A stretch of 63,987 nt of DNA, counting the filler, from Polymyxa betae A26-41 (Eukaryota > Protista > Endomyxa: Phytomyxea): NCBI GenBank assembly GCA_003693705.1. It is 5 parts of 5 records of this genome, joined end to end, with 100 filler letters (N's around TTAATTAATTAA, not from the genome) between each part and the next. Parts side by side here need not be neighbours in the genome. Positions count along the whole stretch, not along the records: positions 1 to 30,129 come from RBZT01000723.1; 4 more parts are not named here. One strand, 5' to 3'. Below the pieces are notes generated by a model. The model did no database searches. It was not told the origin of the DNA and was given only the letters and a program-made list of their open reading frames with translations. Position numbers and translations under genes: made by a program. Positions 1 to 12,740 of this stretch are shown here, piece after piece. The first letter of the stretch is position 1. Each line of letters starts with the position of its first letter.

Positions 1-167
1 CAACATTCAAACTTTATAATTTACATCAAATTTTATTTGCAAACCATTTCAATTGCAATTTCGCATGAAAGGGCAGTGAGAATAGGAAAGGACGCAGATT
101 TTTGCGGATGGTCTCACATTGCTGATCCTGGCTCCGGAGCGCACTTTGGCAAAATTGCAGGTTTTTT

Positions 168-446
168 TCAGGTCTCGATCCAAAACGCAGATTTCCGCTG
201 CGTTTGGCAGAATGCCGCAGGATAAGGCATGTCAGGGCAAACCTGCGCAGTTCCGGTGCTGGCAGAGCAAGCCTGAGAGCGTTTCGGGGTCACACAATGT
301 TTATGGCAACGGAAGTACTTCAGTCCGGTTGGACCTGTCCGATTGTAAACATACGTATATCCATATGGATGGCTGTCATGACCCGATATCCGTGTACCCG
401 TTTTGCTGTCATTGAAGTGTACCTGTTCGCTTCCGTACTCGATCAT
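168..446 (-). pseudogene. FLYWCH-like zinc-finger fragment, probably the N-terminus of a Mutator-like transposase
   Basis: GYTYVYNR..GLKYFRC..C.A pattern resembles FLYWCH and the ORF at 8643-8978; lies inward of a terminal repeat array at 985-1172. Confidence 0.4.
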
Positions 447-984
447 CTTTCGCGTATCCGGTTACGATCTTTGTTGTGTACTTTTTATGTTTATCAATCA
501 TTATTATTCATCCTTCCTTATGAACAATACACGGACTAGTTCCGCTCTGTATTCGTCTCATATTTTCGTAGTCATTCTGTGGCATTACAATAGCGGGGTT
601 GGCAGCGTTCGGCATGACGAGAAAACGGAATGGATACAGGAAGATGAGACTCCAGGACCCTAGACACAAAGATCAAGAGCTGTAGAGCCCGTGGCGGATT
701 TTATTGACAGTCGATTTAGATTTGGAAGGAGTGTCTGATTCTTCCGAATGCCGTTTCAAGACAACGAATTTGCAGGTGTCATACGATATATTCTGATGTT
801 GTTTGAACGATATCAAAGTATACATGCAAACCGTGCCTCAAAAATATTTGAAAATACATAGCATGTGATAATAAACAAACGAAACAGCGTTTGATAACAA
901 TGAAAGTAGTTGAGCCAGTGAAATCCAATCCAAAATTGAAAAATTCATCTAAACAAAACGATCTGCAAATTAATTCATGGAGGC

Positions 985-1172
985 GGTAGGTTTTAGGGTT
1001 TGTAGGTCAAAATCGTGAGGGTAGGTCAATGTGGGTGGACGCAGTAAAATGTCCCGAATGTAGGTCAAAATTAGGTCATTTTCGAGAAAGTAGGTCAATT
1101 TGTAGGTCAAAAAAAACTGCGGACGGTGTTGATCAATTGTTGTGCGTAGGTCAATCGTAGGTCATTTTAAAT
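985..1172. repeat. Array of TAGGTCA motifs, likely subterminal repeats of a DNA transposon end
   Basis: About eight (G)TAGGTCA copies ending ...CGTAGGTCATTTTAAATCC; related end at 13300-13347; the Ngaro RNase H frame stops here. Confidence 0.5.
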
Positions 1173-2007
1173 CCTCCCGTCCAACTGTTGAAACCATTCC
1201 CGCCGGTGACGGCACCACCCGCCCATCCCCCAGCTGGAGGCATCTGTATAGGCACCGAGATCATAGTATATGCTGGCCTCTTCACGAAATATTCTGTATG
1301 ACGCATTCTGTTTGTTGAGGAATTTCAACCATGCTGTCAGGTCATCCTTGGCTCCATATGGAAGGGGGTAAGCCACCCTCGTTGTCCTGCAAGACACCGT
1401 CGGAGTCGGAACATGAATGTTCGCCCAGCAGGCATGATCTGCGCTAGATAATTCAGGGTGCCAACAGCCTGCTGGACCATCTTCATTGTAATACCTTTCG
1501 CCATAATCAGGTTCTTGATTCGTGTTTTTGCCTTTTCAATCTTGCCTTCAGGTAACGAAGCCATCATCGTCTCGGTGTCGAAGAGAAACCCTATGAATGT
1601 CTGCTGCCTGCTTGGTATCTTCGGTTTCTCCGGATCAAGCCTTATGACTAAGCTCGCCGCCACCTGTTGAAAAAGCAGCTGGTTTCTGAATTCTTCGGTA
1701 AGGTCGTGGCCGATTCCGAAGAAATCTTCCACGTAACACCGTGACTTCTCGAAGCTGTCAGGAAGCTTCGTTTGCTGTACCCATACAAATAGCTTGGTGA
1801 CTTCATTCCACAAGCCTGGTGAGCTACGACTGCCGAAGGAAATTGTCGTTCGAATGTAGTAACGATAACCGATCTTGAACATCAGCCATGGACGTGAGCT
1901 TGTTGTTAATGTGGATCCTATACTTGACCCCCGACTTGGAGCCATGTGACGACAACATCAATGGAGTAGCGACCCACGGCATGCGCAACAACGAAAAGGT
2001 CCCGTAA

Positions 2008-2600
2008 GAGGCTGTTTCAAGTAAATAGACTCCGTGGTGCAATAGAGACTTCCAGCAATCAGATTGCGTCTTGCTCTGTTTCTAGCTCTATTGCGGAAAT
2101 TGATCTCCGTGAGGTCAATTTCTGAAATAGAGCTCTATTTCGGGTCCAATCTCGCAATAAAACAATCATTTTCTCATGGATCCCACGACTGCTGCCATCG
2201 TCTCAGGGGCTCTGATCGCCTATCCGACATGCTTGGCAGGTGGGGCCGTGGTATGGGCTTCTCAACCACACCGTTTTCGGCCTGGGGTTCTCTTATTGCC
2301 GGCGTTCATTTCGGTTTTTGTCAAAGGTGACGAATTCGTCTCGGGGATAGTATCATTCGTTGGGCGTTAGACATTGTGCAGAATCAAGAAATGGAGACGT
2401 TGGGGTCGCAAACTACACCATTACGTCACGTTTAGTCACGCCAACTTCTCCATTCTTGATTTCTGCACAATTGCGAAGCCCTACTGTTACGCAATAAAAT
2501 CTGCGCCAGTGCCGCATTTGTCTGCTCTATTTCTCTGCCAGGATCTACTTGGGACATCAATTTCACGCAATTGCAAGCTCTATTTACTTGGAACAGCCTC
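2008..2600. mobile_element. Non-autonomous PIF/Harbinger element (MITE) inserted in the copia 5' LTR
   Basis: TIR GAGGCTGTT(T/C)CAAGTAAATAGA, TSD TAA at 2005-2007 and 2601-2603; the 3' LTR shows the empty site. Confidence 0.9.
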
Positions 2601-2770
2601 TAAAACCATCGCCCCGCAGTCTCTGTATATAATCAACTCTATAAATAAACAACAGTTACTGAAGTGGAAATAAAGGCCGTGCAACATCGTGCGAAAGATC
2701 TAGGTACCTTAGCAACGCTTCACTCATAACTAAACAAAACTTCATTGCAACAGTCCAAGTTGCTTCAACA

Positions 2771-2782
2771 GATTAGGAGTCC
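2771..2782 (+). promoter_or_regulatory. Primer-binding site complementary to a tRNA-Arg anticodon arm (half-tRNA priming)
   Basis: GATTAGGAGTCC directly after the LTR end; its complement GGACUCCUAAUC has a CU-CCU-AA anticodon-loop pattern. Confidence 0.55.
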
Positions 2783-5207
2783 CATATTCTACATCATCCA
2801 GCCCCTAACGGAAATCACGGGATCTTTCTACAACGGACCCAAACCGCTCACAAGACAAGACCTCTTTCAAAGTCGAATTTTCCAATGGCACTGATTTCAA
2901 ATATTGGAGTCAGAAGATGCTCCTTTTATTCAAGATTAAAGGATGGACAGGCATCGTAGCCCCACATGCCGACGAATCGCCGAACCTCTCAGAGGACGAA
3001 AAGACCAAGGACGAACTCGCTCAAGCTTTCATTTTACTCCATCTGTCCTTCGCAGCTGTCTGCGAAACCTCAACCGCACACGGAACATGGCATGAATTAT
3101 GTCATTTGTATCAACCAAAGTGCAACGCTTCTGTTCTACAGCACCTACAATCATTCTTCTCCCTAACGCAGGGTACTGACTCAGTTCAGCAGTACATCAC
3201 AAAGGTCAAAGACGCGGCAAACATGATCAGGGAAACGGCTTCTAAGGAGTTGCTAGTCTTCAATGACTCGCTCATTGCTGCAAAACTATTGATTGGAGCA
3301 TGTCCCAAGTATAAAAACGTGGTCAGCGCTATCGACGTACAATCACGGAATTGACGCTCCCCAAAATTTCCTCAATACTATTATGAGAAGAAAACCGGCA
3401 AGGCATCCAGAAAACGATCGAAGAACCGTGGACAGCACAATTGAACGAATTGAAATCTGCAAACCTTGCGCTTAAATCCCAGCTCAGCAAGTTTTACGTC
3501 TGAATCTAGAAAGAAAAAGGATTGCAGTTACCATCGAAGCCGGTCCCACTCCGATGAAGAATGCCTCCCCACCAACACCCTGAAATTCAAAGTCAATCAA
3601 ATACACAATCACCTAAACACTATCACCAGTCTCTCTCAGCGATCGTTACATCATCGAATCTGACTAGAAATGAGTGGATTATCGATTCCGGGTGTTCCCA
3701 TCACATGACATTTGACCAAACTCCATGTCACACCATCAATTACAATCTTGAAAGTAGAGGCATCCTGCTAGGCGATGACAGAGATCCCCATTTTCGGTCG
3801 CGGTAAAGAGCAGATACCAGTGCAAAATGGCCATCTACCTCTCGACGAAATTCTCATCGCCCCTGACCTCGGAAAGAACCTTCTCTCCATTGCCCAGTGC
3901 ACGAAAAATGGAATAAACTTCAGGTTCGAGGGGTCTACCTACAAAATATTCTCTTCCGAAAAGTGCCAACATCCTGCTGGAAACGTGCTACACACAGTCA
4001 CTTAAGGAAACGATAACATCTACCGCATTTGCGCTCGGCCAACGCACACGATATCAGCCAACTCTGGAAACAGGATACACAAGCATTCACAAGGCAGATA
4101 TGGCACGACAGGCTGGGACACATAAACGAGCGAGACCTGCAGCGCCTCATAAAACCGGGGACAACTAAAGCGGTATATATCCGAGAATCAAGCAATACAT
4201 CCTCCGATTTTAGCCCATGAGAAAGTTGCGTTATGCCGAAGATCGCAAGAGCCCCCTTTCCCATCCAGTCATCACAAAAGTGCATCACGCCTCTTTGAGA
4301 TTGTTCTCAGCGATATATTCGGGCCGTTTCCCGTTCCTTCTTTGGCCCGGTCCCGTTACTTCATCTCCTTTATCGACAAGAAAACTCGATTCGCTCACAT
4401 TTACTTCCTGAAACACAAATCTCAAGCTCTTGAGGCATTCATCAAGTTCGACTCAATCGCCCAGCGTAAAGTTGGACAGCGCATCCACAGGGTCGAAACA
4501 CTACACACAGACAATGGAGGCGAATACATCTCCAAACTGTTCCGGACTTATTGCGAGAAACACGGAATTAAACAAGAAACAACGGTCCCCTACACCCCAC
4601 AGCAAAATGGAATTGCCGAGCTGTTCAACAGAACAATTCAAGAAATCGGCAACAGCATTCGGCACAAATCAGGATTGGGCCCAGAATTCTGGGCTGAGGC
4701 TGTCAACACTGCCTGTACTTAACCAAACCTTAGCCACCTGCGAACATTCGGATGTAAGGCTTGGCACCAAATTTGAAAAGAACTCAGCACTGAACCTCAA
4801 AACCCCATTTGAAGCATTTTTCGGCGAACCGCCAAATCTTAGCCACCTGCGAACATTCGGATGTAAGGCTTGGCACCAAATTCCAAAAGAAAAATGGCGC
4901 AAATTGGACTTCCGAGCAGAACAAGGAATCTTCATAGGGTACAGCAACACTCAGCAAGGATATTGCATTTGGAATCCCACAAAAAACCAGATCACTGTGA
5001 GTCGGGACGTTGCGTTCGATGAATCCGAGTTTCCGGGTGAACACATCGCGGGAGTCAATTCGAGGGGTCGTGTTGATGTGGATCCTATACTTGACCCTCG
5101 ACGTGGAGCCATGTGACGACGACATGAATGGAGTAGCGGCCCACGGCATGCGCAACAACGAGAAGGTCCCATAATACCATCGCCCCGCAGTCTCTGTATA
5201 TAATCAA

Positions 5208-5414
5208 TGTTAGGATTGTGGTAGGAAGTTGGAGGGTTTATTCTCAAGGATGGCTAGTAGTGAGGTGGAGAAGGAGTTGGCAGGAATGGACAAACACCCG
5301 CTTCACGATCAGGCGCCGTTGTCGCTGCGCATTGCGCGGGTGGTTACGCCCGGGGGCTGCGCTGGGACCAACTGTCGTGACTGTACTGATGTGGACGCAC
5401 GAACGGGCGTAACA
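5208..5414. mobile_element. Solo LTR (207 bp) inserted in the copia 3' LTR
   Basis: TGTTA...TAACA ends, TSD ATCAA at 5203-5207 and 5415-5419; absent from the 5' LTR. Confidence 0.9.
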
Positions 5415-5802
5415 ATCAACTCTATAAATAAACAACAATTACTGAAGTGGAAATAAAGGCCGTGCAACATCGTGCGAGAGATCTAGGTACCTTAGCCACG
5501 CTTCACTCAAAACTAAACAGAACTTCATAGCAACTGTCCACGTTGCTTCAACACTTGTGTCAAATTTTAAATGGTGGTACGCTTCCTGCACATCCTCGTT
5601 CCAAAGATAGACGGAGCCGTAGTGCTCTTTCTCTTCGAGGATCAATCGCATTGTATCTTTGAAGCGGGGAAGCATGATCTCGAACTGGGTTGGGTCAATG
5701 TTGAAATTAACCGCCGTCGAACTGTTTTTAACTGTTAGATTATGGATTAGTCGATCGAGCTGCTCATTTTTGGCACACCGTAAACAGGGCATGCTATATA
5801 AT

Positions 5803-6634
5803 TAGGGCTCCGATCGGGTCGGGTCGGGTCGGATCGGGTAGCTACCCGCACGCTGATGAGATATGCCTCGACAAATGTATGGCGAGAGAAAAAGTTCACA
5901 AAAACGCTGTACAAACATCTTGATTGGGTGCGTTACTACCTAATAACAATGCACCTAGTGTCTCAGGCTGAAGGGAATGTCGACGCAGTCTAAAAACATT
6001 GTCCGCAGTTGAAAATTTCTTAATCCGACACGGGCGATCCAGGAATGGACAGTATGTCTCTTTAGACAAAGATGTGAAACTGCACCGCATGCGATATAAT
6101 GTAATATAAAGGATCAACAGAAGAATCCTCGCTGCGCAAGTTCAGATAATTGTCGGCCTCGTCCATTATTGGCCTTCACAAACGCATTGCGAGAACATCG
6201 AGGTACGTGAAAAATGAAGAATCTTCACCAGCTGACCCTGTGGAAGCGGTTGGTGGGGACCTGTTCTGCAGTACCAATTTCTCCTAATCGGTCACTTTTT
6301 CTCCCAATTAGAGATTATCAGAAGTGAAAGAGGTTCGATAAGGTCAGAGTAATTAATACTGAAGTCTTTATTTTGAATAGTCGCGAAAGCGTCGGTGAAG
6401 AAATGGGTGATTTGCTCTTGCGGGTTGCCATATTCGTGACTGCAATGATGCAACTTGACAAAATACACAAATGGGAGCTGAACGTAAATCAGTGCGCGGT
6501 TTATACAACTCAAATTATTAACCGTCGGATACAGTCGGGAAGTCGGGTCGGGTATCGATCCGCTACCCGAACCCGACCCGAACCCGACCCGACCCGGGTT
6601 TTTCCGATACTACCCGAACCCGATCGGAGCCCTA
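5803..6634 (-). mobile_element. Non-autonomous hAT element (Ds-like) with dimerisation-domain remnant
   Basis: TIR TAGGGCTCCGATCGGGT, 8-bp TSD TATATAAT at 5795-5802 and 6635-6642, ACCCG subterminal repeats, FSTADNVFRLRRHSLQPETL hAT C-terminal motif. Confidence 0.92.
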
Positions 6635-8160
6635 TATATAATTTTTATATGGAATTTTCTTCGCGATAGAAAGGTCCAATAAAATGACCTTTTAAGTGCT
6701 CCTTTCTGAGTGTGGCAACGAAGCGCAGATGGTCGGCGTCGGATGAACCGGAGTGTAGAGTAGAATCCCATTCCCATGATCTGTCAGTCGGCCGCTCATA
6801 TCTGATACGGGTACCATACTGAATCTCATAGAGGAACCTATCAACGGTCCGCCGGTCAGGATGTCTGCTCAGTGCTGTACGCCAGCTATCAAGCTTCAGC
6901 CAGGGAATAACTTCATCGGCCTTCCGAAGAAGCGCTTTCCGCTCAGACAAGCTCCTGATCTCCAAGACCTCGAATGGTCTGTCATATGGTGATTCAGGTA
7001 TGCGGGTTCTTACAACGCTATCGTGGCTGTTACCGTGCAGGTCTGATATAGTTTCAATAAACGCGATGGAATACTGTGAATTCGCAGCTGGTTTATGACT
7101 CTTATTACAATCACTTCCAAACAAGCATTTTTGGTTACGAGCAAATTCACGGCAACGGATGTTGCCAATGGTATCTTTCGTGTCTTTTTGAAAGGTCTTT
7201 TTGGCGGTAGTATTGTTGATCGGTTCGGTATCGCGCATACATGCGCGTTGTAGACGCATCTCTTCACTCGGGTTGTGCCATTCTAAGGCTGTGTAGTCCG
7301 CCCTCTCGTCACCCAGTCGTCGGTTTCGAATCTCGTATCGATCTACTGCTCGCCAATTCTTACGGTACAGACGGGCACGCTGCGCAATTACTGCTCAGTC
7401 TGATGAATCTCTGCCCACGTATAAAAGCTAGCTAGTCGTTGATCTCTCTCTTGGACGTAGTCTGGTTCATCACTTTTGATTCATTCCCTTGGACCACAAG
7501 GTGTGTAATTTCGTCAGGGTCGTTTTCGAGGCTGCCCACGATGCTTTCGTAGTCCACATAGCGGGCTTCTAAAATCTTCTTTCAGATTTCTTCCGAAATC
7601 GCGGCAGGAATGCTGAAACTATATACGCACCACCAGCTTGCTTAGTTTTTCGTTCGAGCTCCGCAATACGGACTTGCGCACCCTGCAACCGCTCATCTCG
7701 ATTATTCCACGTCATGCCGATGATTTTTTTCAGCATCTTTCCTTCCACTGTCGCTTCATCGTCGAGAGTTTCTAAAGACATGAAGAGTTCATCACTGGTT
7801 TTCTCCTTAGGAATTCGATTTCCGGCGCCCGTCGCTTGGGCACCGCCCCATCTCGAGCTCATCGTTGAGTGACATGAGTTCTTCTGACCACCTCGGATTC
7901 CGTCAGGTAGCCTGATTCAGCGAGATGAGCACTTGGGATGAGTAATGTCATCGCTTTCTTTTAGCGGCCTGTTCATGTATTCTCATTTCAGTAAAACTAT
8001 GCATATTCTGACTTCGCAGTATATTTTTTCAAAATTTGGCAGTAAGTGCGCACTGGCAGTTCCTGCGTAGTTTGTTAAAATTCATTGGTTTTGCCTAGCT
8101 CCCTTGGCCGTCAACGGCAGCACTCTGCTTCGTCACTACGCTCCTGGCCAAGTGCTCTAA

Positions 8161-8978
8161 TTGATTTTCCGGTCATCAACACATGAAAAACCGGAAGGTA
8201 GACATCATGAGCCACATACTTTACCATGAGAATGAGTAGCTGTTTGAAAGACGCTGGTACGACGGCAAATGTTAAGCATCGACGAATTAATGTACCCGAT
8301 CATTCTTCAACAATTTGTATAGTCCTGGATGTTCCCATCCTGTGAGCCGATGGGAAAAATTGCCAGAAAATACAGGAGTATTGAAAGCCAGGAAGACATT
8401 ATGTCTCTCTGACGTCAATGCCAAATCCAACTCTTCAAGATCTCGCAAACGATCTGCCGACTGGCCGCCTTGTCGAATATTTTTAACACGATTAACGATC
8501 TGGTTTCAGGTTAACATCTGCATAGGAACGTTTCCATAGGTTAATGTGATGAAGGCTAAAATATCGTTCCAAATCGAAAACGGACTCTTTGTTCTGTTCG
8601 CTATAGCCATTTCGTCGGCAAAATTCTTCATCTTGTTAAACGTCAGTAGTTTGTACAAAAATATCTTTCGGAAATCACCTCGTTTTCCACATTCATGAAT
8701 CTGTTAGAGTCCGAATCTATATAAGCATTCTGTTCGCATTGGCGCTCTATCTCATTGTCACGTCTTACAATAACACCATTTTCAACCACTAAAGTAGCTC
8801 GACATTTATGCGGCCGCCGTTGGGTTTCACGATATTGACTGCATCTGAAGTATAGGACATCCTGGTGATGCCGTGAGAGATTATACTTGAACCCGTTGTG
8901 AACTATTGAACGTCGATTGGAACTGCAATCCTCCATAGAGTTTGCACAGAGCGAATTCCAATGTCTCATTTCATACAC
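8161..8978 (-). pseudogene. Mutator-like (FLYWCH + MULE DDE) transposase pseudogene
   Basis: HNGFKY..LYFRCSQY..CRATL FLYWCH motif; frameshifted FVDA/TFAVVPASFKQLLILMV..YLPVFHVLMTGKS at about 8165-8290; cut at 8157 by a GAGCAC/TAA Harbinger-like end. Confidence 0.75.
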
Positions 8979-9080
8979 AAACTGAGCCAGACTCTACTCA
9001 AGCAAATGTATTGATCACAGATTTTCTCATGCAGGCGCATGTCAGTTAATTTTGGGAATCTTTTATAATGGCAAATATAT

Positions 9081-9101
9081 TGACAAATATATCAGATACC
9101 A
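9081..9101 (+). repeat. 21-bp direct repeat copy 1, TGACAAATATATCAGATACCA
   Basis: Identical to 13211-13231. Confidence 0.9.
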
Positions 9102-10510
9102 GCATTCTGTGTAGTGTAGTAATAATTGCGAACACTTATTGCGCCCTACAGTAACTGTTATGTTACATGTTATGTTTCATGTTATGTTACATGAAGTCTT
9201 GGAAGGTCCCATAACGAGAATTTGCATTCCTTTAATTTTTCTATATAAGGGGCTCTAATGCCGTGGCACTAAACAGATTACTTTTTCCATATTATTTCAT
9301 ATTTTGGTTGAATCTCCGATTCAAGCCACAGAATATTGTGCTGCTATTGATGTGCAGCGGGTGTGATGCAGACAAAAGTGCATTTTTCTCCAGAGTGGCT
9401 GACTCACACATGCAGGATGTTGTATCATGCACGAATCCTTCTGCATTGCTAATAAAGAAGCCAATAGGATTTAGGAATAAAGTTCTGATTTATAAACAAG
9501 TGAAAATTTATTGATTGCATCTATTGTGGATTCAGTGGGGCCTGCAATTGGCAGCTTTCAGTGGTTCCAGAACAGATTTTCGAAAAAAGGCGATGTCGGT
9601 ACAAAATCGGTGGCGCGCCCCAAGAATTGATAATATTCTGCTCATGGCCATGGAAGTGGTTGTCAAAGCAAAGCATCAAAGGTCGCAACGTCTGTGATTC
9701 GAAATTTCGAAAAGCATTAGAAAACTGCTTCCGCTCGACCCGACTGGAGCTTCTGGCAATTTGCTGAATGAATCGAAGTTTTTCGACTCCATTCAGTGTC
9801 TGCAAAGGCGTGCGATCCACGTCGAAATCGCCAAAGGTCTGCTTTCGCCGGACTGTGGTATTCGCAGCATGAGGAGGAGCTATCACAACTGAATCGGGCT
9901 GGGGAATATGTCGGTCACATCCCAATTCGATGTCTTCCTGAATTTTCGAGCCAGATTCAAGCGCACTTACCAGGTTCATACTCGCCACCGCCGATGCGGT
10001 AACTGTAGCTGATTCTCGAACATGTTCCATCATCTTCTCCACCACCGACTCCAGTTGAATCACCAACTCGGGGCTTACGGAAGCCTTGAACTTTCCAAGA
10101 AGCTCCTGATACTGCTGATAAGGGCTTTCGTCCACATGGTCCGATTGATGAATAGCCTGGCTTAGCCGTCGGTAGCTTATGTCGCGGCCATCTTCAGTGA
10201 AGCCCAGAAAATGGCGAGCCTTCAAACTTTCCATGAACTCGGCAGCTGAAACCGCCAGGCTTCGGGTTTCATTGTCCGGTTGACGTGAGTGAATAGTAAG
10301 GTTCTCCCGAATTAAATGTCCGTTCTCAATAGCAATGGAGTGCGATTATGGTTGAATCCTGCTCATGATATCGTCACTATAGAAACAATAAATCCAAAAT
10401 TAATCATCAAGTTAAAATCAGACTTACGGAGCCGTCGCCTTAATCATTTCGATTAATTTCCCGGCATCGTTATAATATCGTTGAGCGTTAACATGTGCAA
10501 CATATCTAGC

Positions 10511-10773
10511 TGTCAGGGTCGGGCTAAACCAGGCGCTGCCTTCGAGGACAGGAAGGACGGACGGGACTACGAAGAGACAAGAACAGGGAGAGAGAGCGAA
10601 TGTAGTGCTATATTGAGAACTGATTTAGAGGTAGGTTACTGCGTGGAATTGGTACATTTCGGAACATTCTAGTGATCTACTGAGTGTCACGGAGTGCGGG
10701 AATATTTCAAGAGTATTCGACTTTTGAAAGATTACGTTACTAACCCTGGGCTGCGCTGGTTAGATCCCTGACA
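10511..10773. mobile_element. Solo LTR (263 bp) inserted in recombinase box II
   Basis: TGTCAGGG...CCCTGACA, TSD CTAGC at 10506-10510 and 10774-10778. Confidence 0.9.
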
Positions 10774-11304
10774 CTAGCAGCCTTCATAACGTCAAGCATA
10801 TTTGCGCCATACCAAGTGGCGAAGAGATACCCCGTCTTTCGAGCACAATGAAGTCCAAAAGGGCCTCTACGACGCAGAAGCTTCTGACATAGGTCCTGGA
10901 ATACATTGAAGAATTTTGAATACTGCATGGGGCGGAGAAACTCTTGGTTACGGCCAGAATCGAACCATTTCTTGCAGGGAAACAGGCAGCCTTCTGTGAA
11001 ACCATTCGATCCAAGATGAGCGAGCAGATGCGAGATTGCATCAAACTCGGGGACATCTCGATCTCGATGAAGCAGCAGCAGCGTCTTCCGATCTCGACGT
11101 TTTTCCGTCTTCCCATCGACCCATACGGCAAGCTTGTCAACGACATTCGATTTAATCTATATATATCAGAATTAAAGAGCCAGCTGATAAAATTGTTATG
11201 CAAACTAACCACCAAAAATCTCTCCTCAAAATCGCTAAAAAGCATATCTTGCCCATCGCCATTCCGTAAGAAGAGTTTAACGAACAGGATAAAGATTGTG
11301 TAAA

Positions 11305-11650
11305 TGTCAGAGGAGTGGACGAAGACGAGGGCAAAGTGCCCGAAGAACGTGGACAAAGACAAAGGGTTGCCGAGGACAAGTGGACGAGGACGAGGCCTGT
11401 AAGGGCGACGTGGACGAGGGACGCAGCAGGAGCTGGAAGAATTGAAGCGATGTTTATAAGGGAATTACAAGTATGAAGCCTCGGCAATAAATCTCACCGA
11501 GGATGATTAATGACGAACGAAGCCTCACTGGGGTACCAGTGGGGCAAGACCACTGGCCACGGACTTAACTTGCCGTCATGTCGGAAGGTGCGGGCTGCGC
11601 TTGCCAGGACTGCGGCTCGGTGGGTTGCGCCGGTCTGTATGTCCCTGAAA
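11305..11650. mobile_element. Solo LTR (346 bp) inserted just before recombinase box I
   Basis: TGTCAG...CTGAAA, TSD GTAAA at 11300-11304 and 11651-11655. Confidence 0.8.
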
Positions 11651-12240
11651 GTAAAGCATGAAATATTTGGGTCGTCCTCTTTCATGCAGAAATCCCGCAG
11701 AATCAACACTTCTGTTGGTGTTAGCTGCGTTACCCCATTTGACACATATTCTTTTACATCCTTTTTGATACGCGTGAAAGCGTTCTCGAACAGAAGAGAT
11801 TCGGTTGGCATTCCTTTCCGCCAGATCAGCGGAGTGGGAGCGTGCCGATCGCAGCCAGAGCGGTTGGGAGGATTCTTCTGGCGCTCTTCAATACAGTTCG
11901 AGCATAAACCTTGATAGCCTCCTCAATGATCGAAGGCTTCATGATTGCAGACCCCATTTGGGAAAGATTATCAGGATTCGTCCATGCACCAGAGCAGCTG
12001 ATCTGTAATCCAGTAAAATCACTTAATACAGGAGATCCATCAGTGCGTGACAAAGGTGTTCCCTCTTCAAAAGTTCTCCAGTATATACAACACTAAAAAA
12101 GAGTAATTATTGCTCAAAAACCGAACCCAGAGACTGGTTGCGCTCCGCGCAACCAGTCTCTGGGTTCTTCATAAATCTTGCTAAACTTTTTGCCACATGA
12201 TTTGCGCAGCCAGTCGCACTTCTTGTTGGCTGTGAGGGTA

Positions 12241-12417
12241 CAGTAGTACCGGTACTACCGGTAAAACCTATGCTGACAGTCCCGGTAGTCCCGGGATGTC
12301 CAGCTGTCTGTGCCATTAATCCAGAGCTGATCGCATCCAGTCGCGTTTCTATTAACAGTGTGGGTAGTATCGGTAGCACCTGCCACAGTTTATCGTAGGT
12401 AATACCGGTACTACGGG
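12241..12417. mobile_element. Probable small Tc1/mariner-type MITE
   Basis: Inverted GTAGTACCGGTA(C/T)TACC at both ends, TA flanks, internal ACCGGTA repeats. Confidence 0.45.
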
Positions 12418-12480
12418 TAGGCCAGAAATAAGCAGGACAAAATGGCAATCCTTGATCACAGTAATGGTCCGCCAAAGAAT

Positions 12481-12740
12481 GTTCACGACTGTGAGGAGTC
12501 CGCGCCTCAGAGTCTCAGACTGTCAACTGTGGAGAGTGACCTCTTTCAATCCAATGATCAGTTCCCCTCTATGGATGACCCAGTAAGTGTGACGGTCACC
12601 GAAGATAGTTCGGCTTATTAGGTCTGGCCGGTCCGGTTTATTGAACAATAATACTAAGTATCCATTGCAGAATTCAATCAGTAAACATACGAATCGATTC
12701 CACGTTCATTGCCGGAACGCTTTCAGGGGCGTCACGAAGC
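12481..12740. mobile_element. 260-bp insertion, probably a solo LTR
   Basis: Flanked by AGAAT direct repeats (12476-12480, 12741-12745); interrupts GDFESLIIL coding sequence; termini not cleanly TG..CA. Confidence 0.5.

Larger units (their letters stand above)
1904..5553 (+). mobile_element. Ty1/copia LTR retrotransposon, internally deleted (gag, PR, IN; no RT/RNase H)
   Basis: LTRs 1904-2770 and 5071-5553 (TGTT..CAACA), TSD CTTGT at 1899-1903 and 5554-5558; WIIDSGCSHHM, WHDRLGH, HTDNGGEY, TPQQNGIAE, SRDVAFDE; purine tract just before 5071. Confidence 0.93.
1167..7862 (-). mobile_element. DIRS/Ngaro-like retrotransposon (gag with CCCH finger, RT, RNase H), truncated before its tyrosine recombinase and split by nested insertions
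   Basis: CREFARNQKCLFGSDCNKSH (CCCH); WRTALSRHPD..G; RLIHNL..DVQEAYHHL (5559-5792) joins SFGSRSSPG, YVEDFFG, FIGFLFDT (1337-1903) and YTDASSWGMGG after removing the copia and hAT inserts. Confidence 0.85.

Noticed and set aside
985-1172. TAGGTCA array as CRISPR or nuclear-receptor response elements
   Set aside because: Repeats are too short and irregularly spaced, no cas genes; position fits transposon subterminal repeats.
5850-5870. CTGATGA as a hammerhead ribozyme core (also near 29040 and 44255)
   Set aside because: I could not find the required stems and GAAA by eye.
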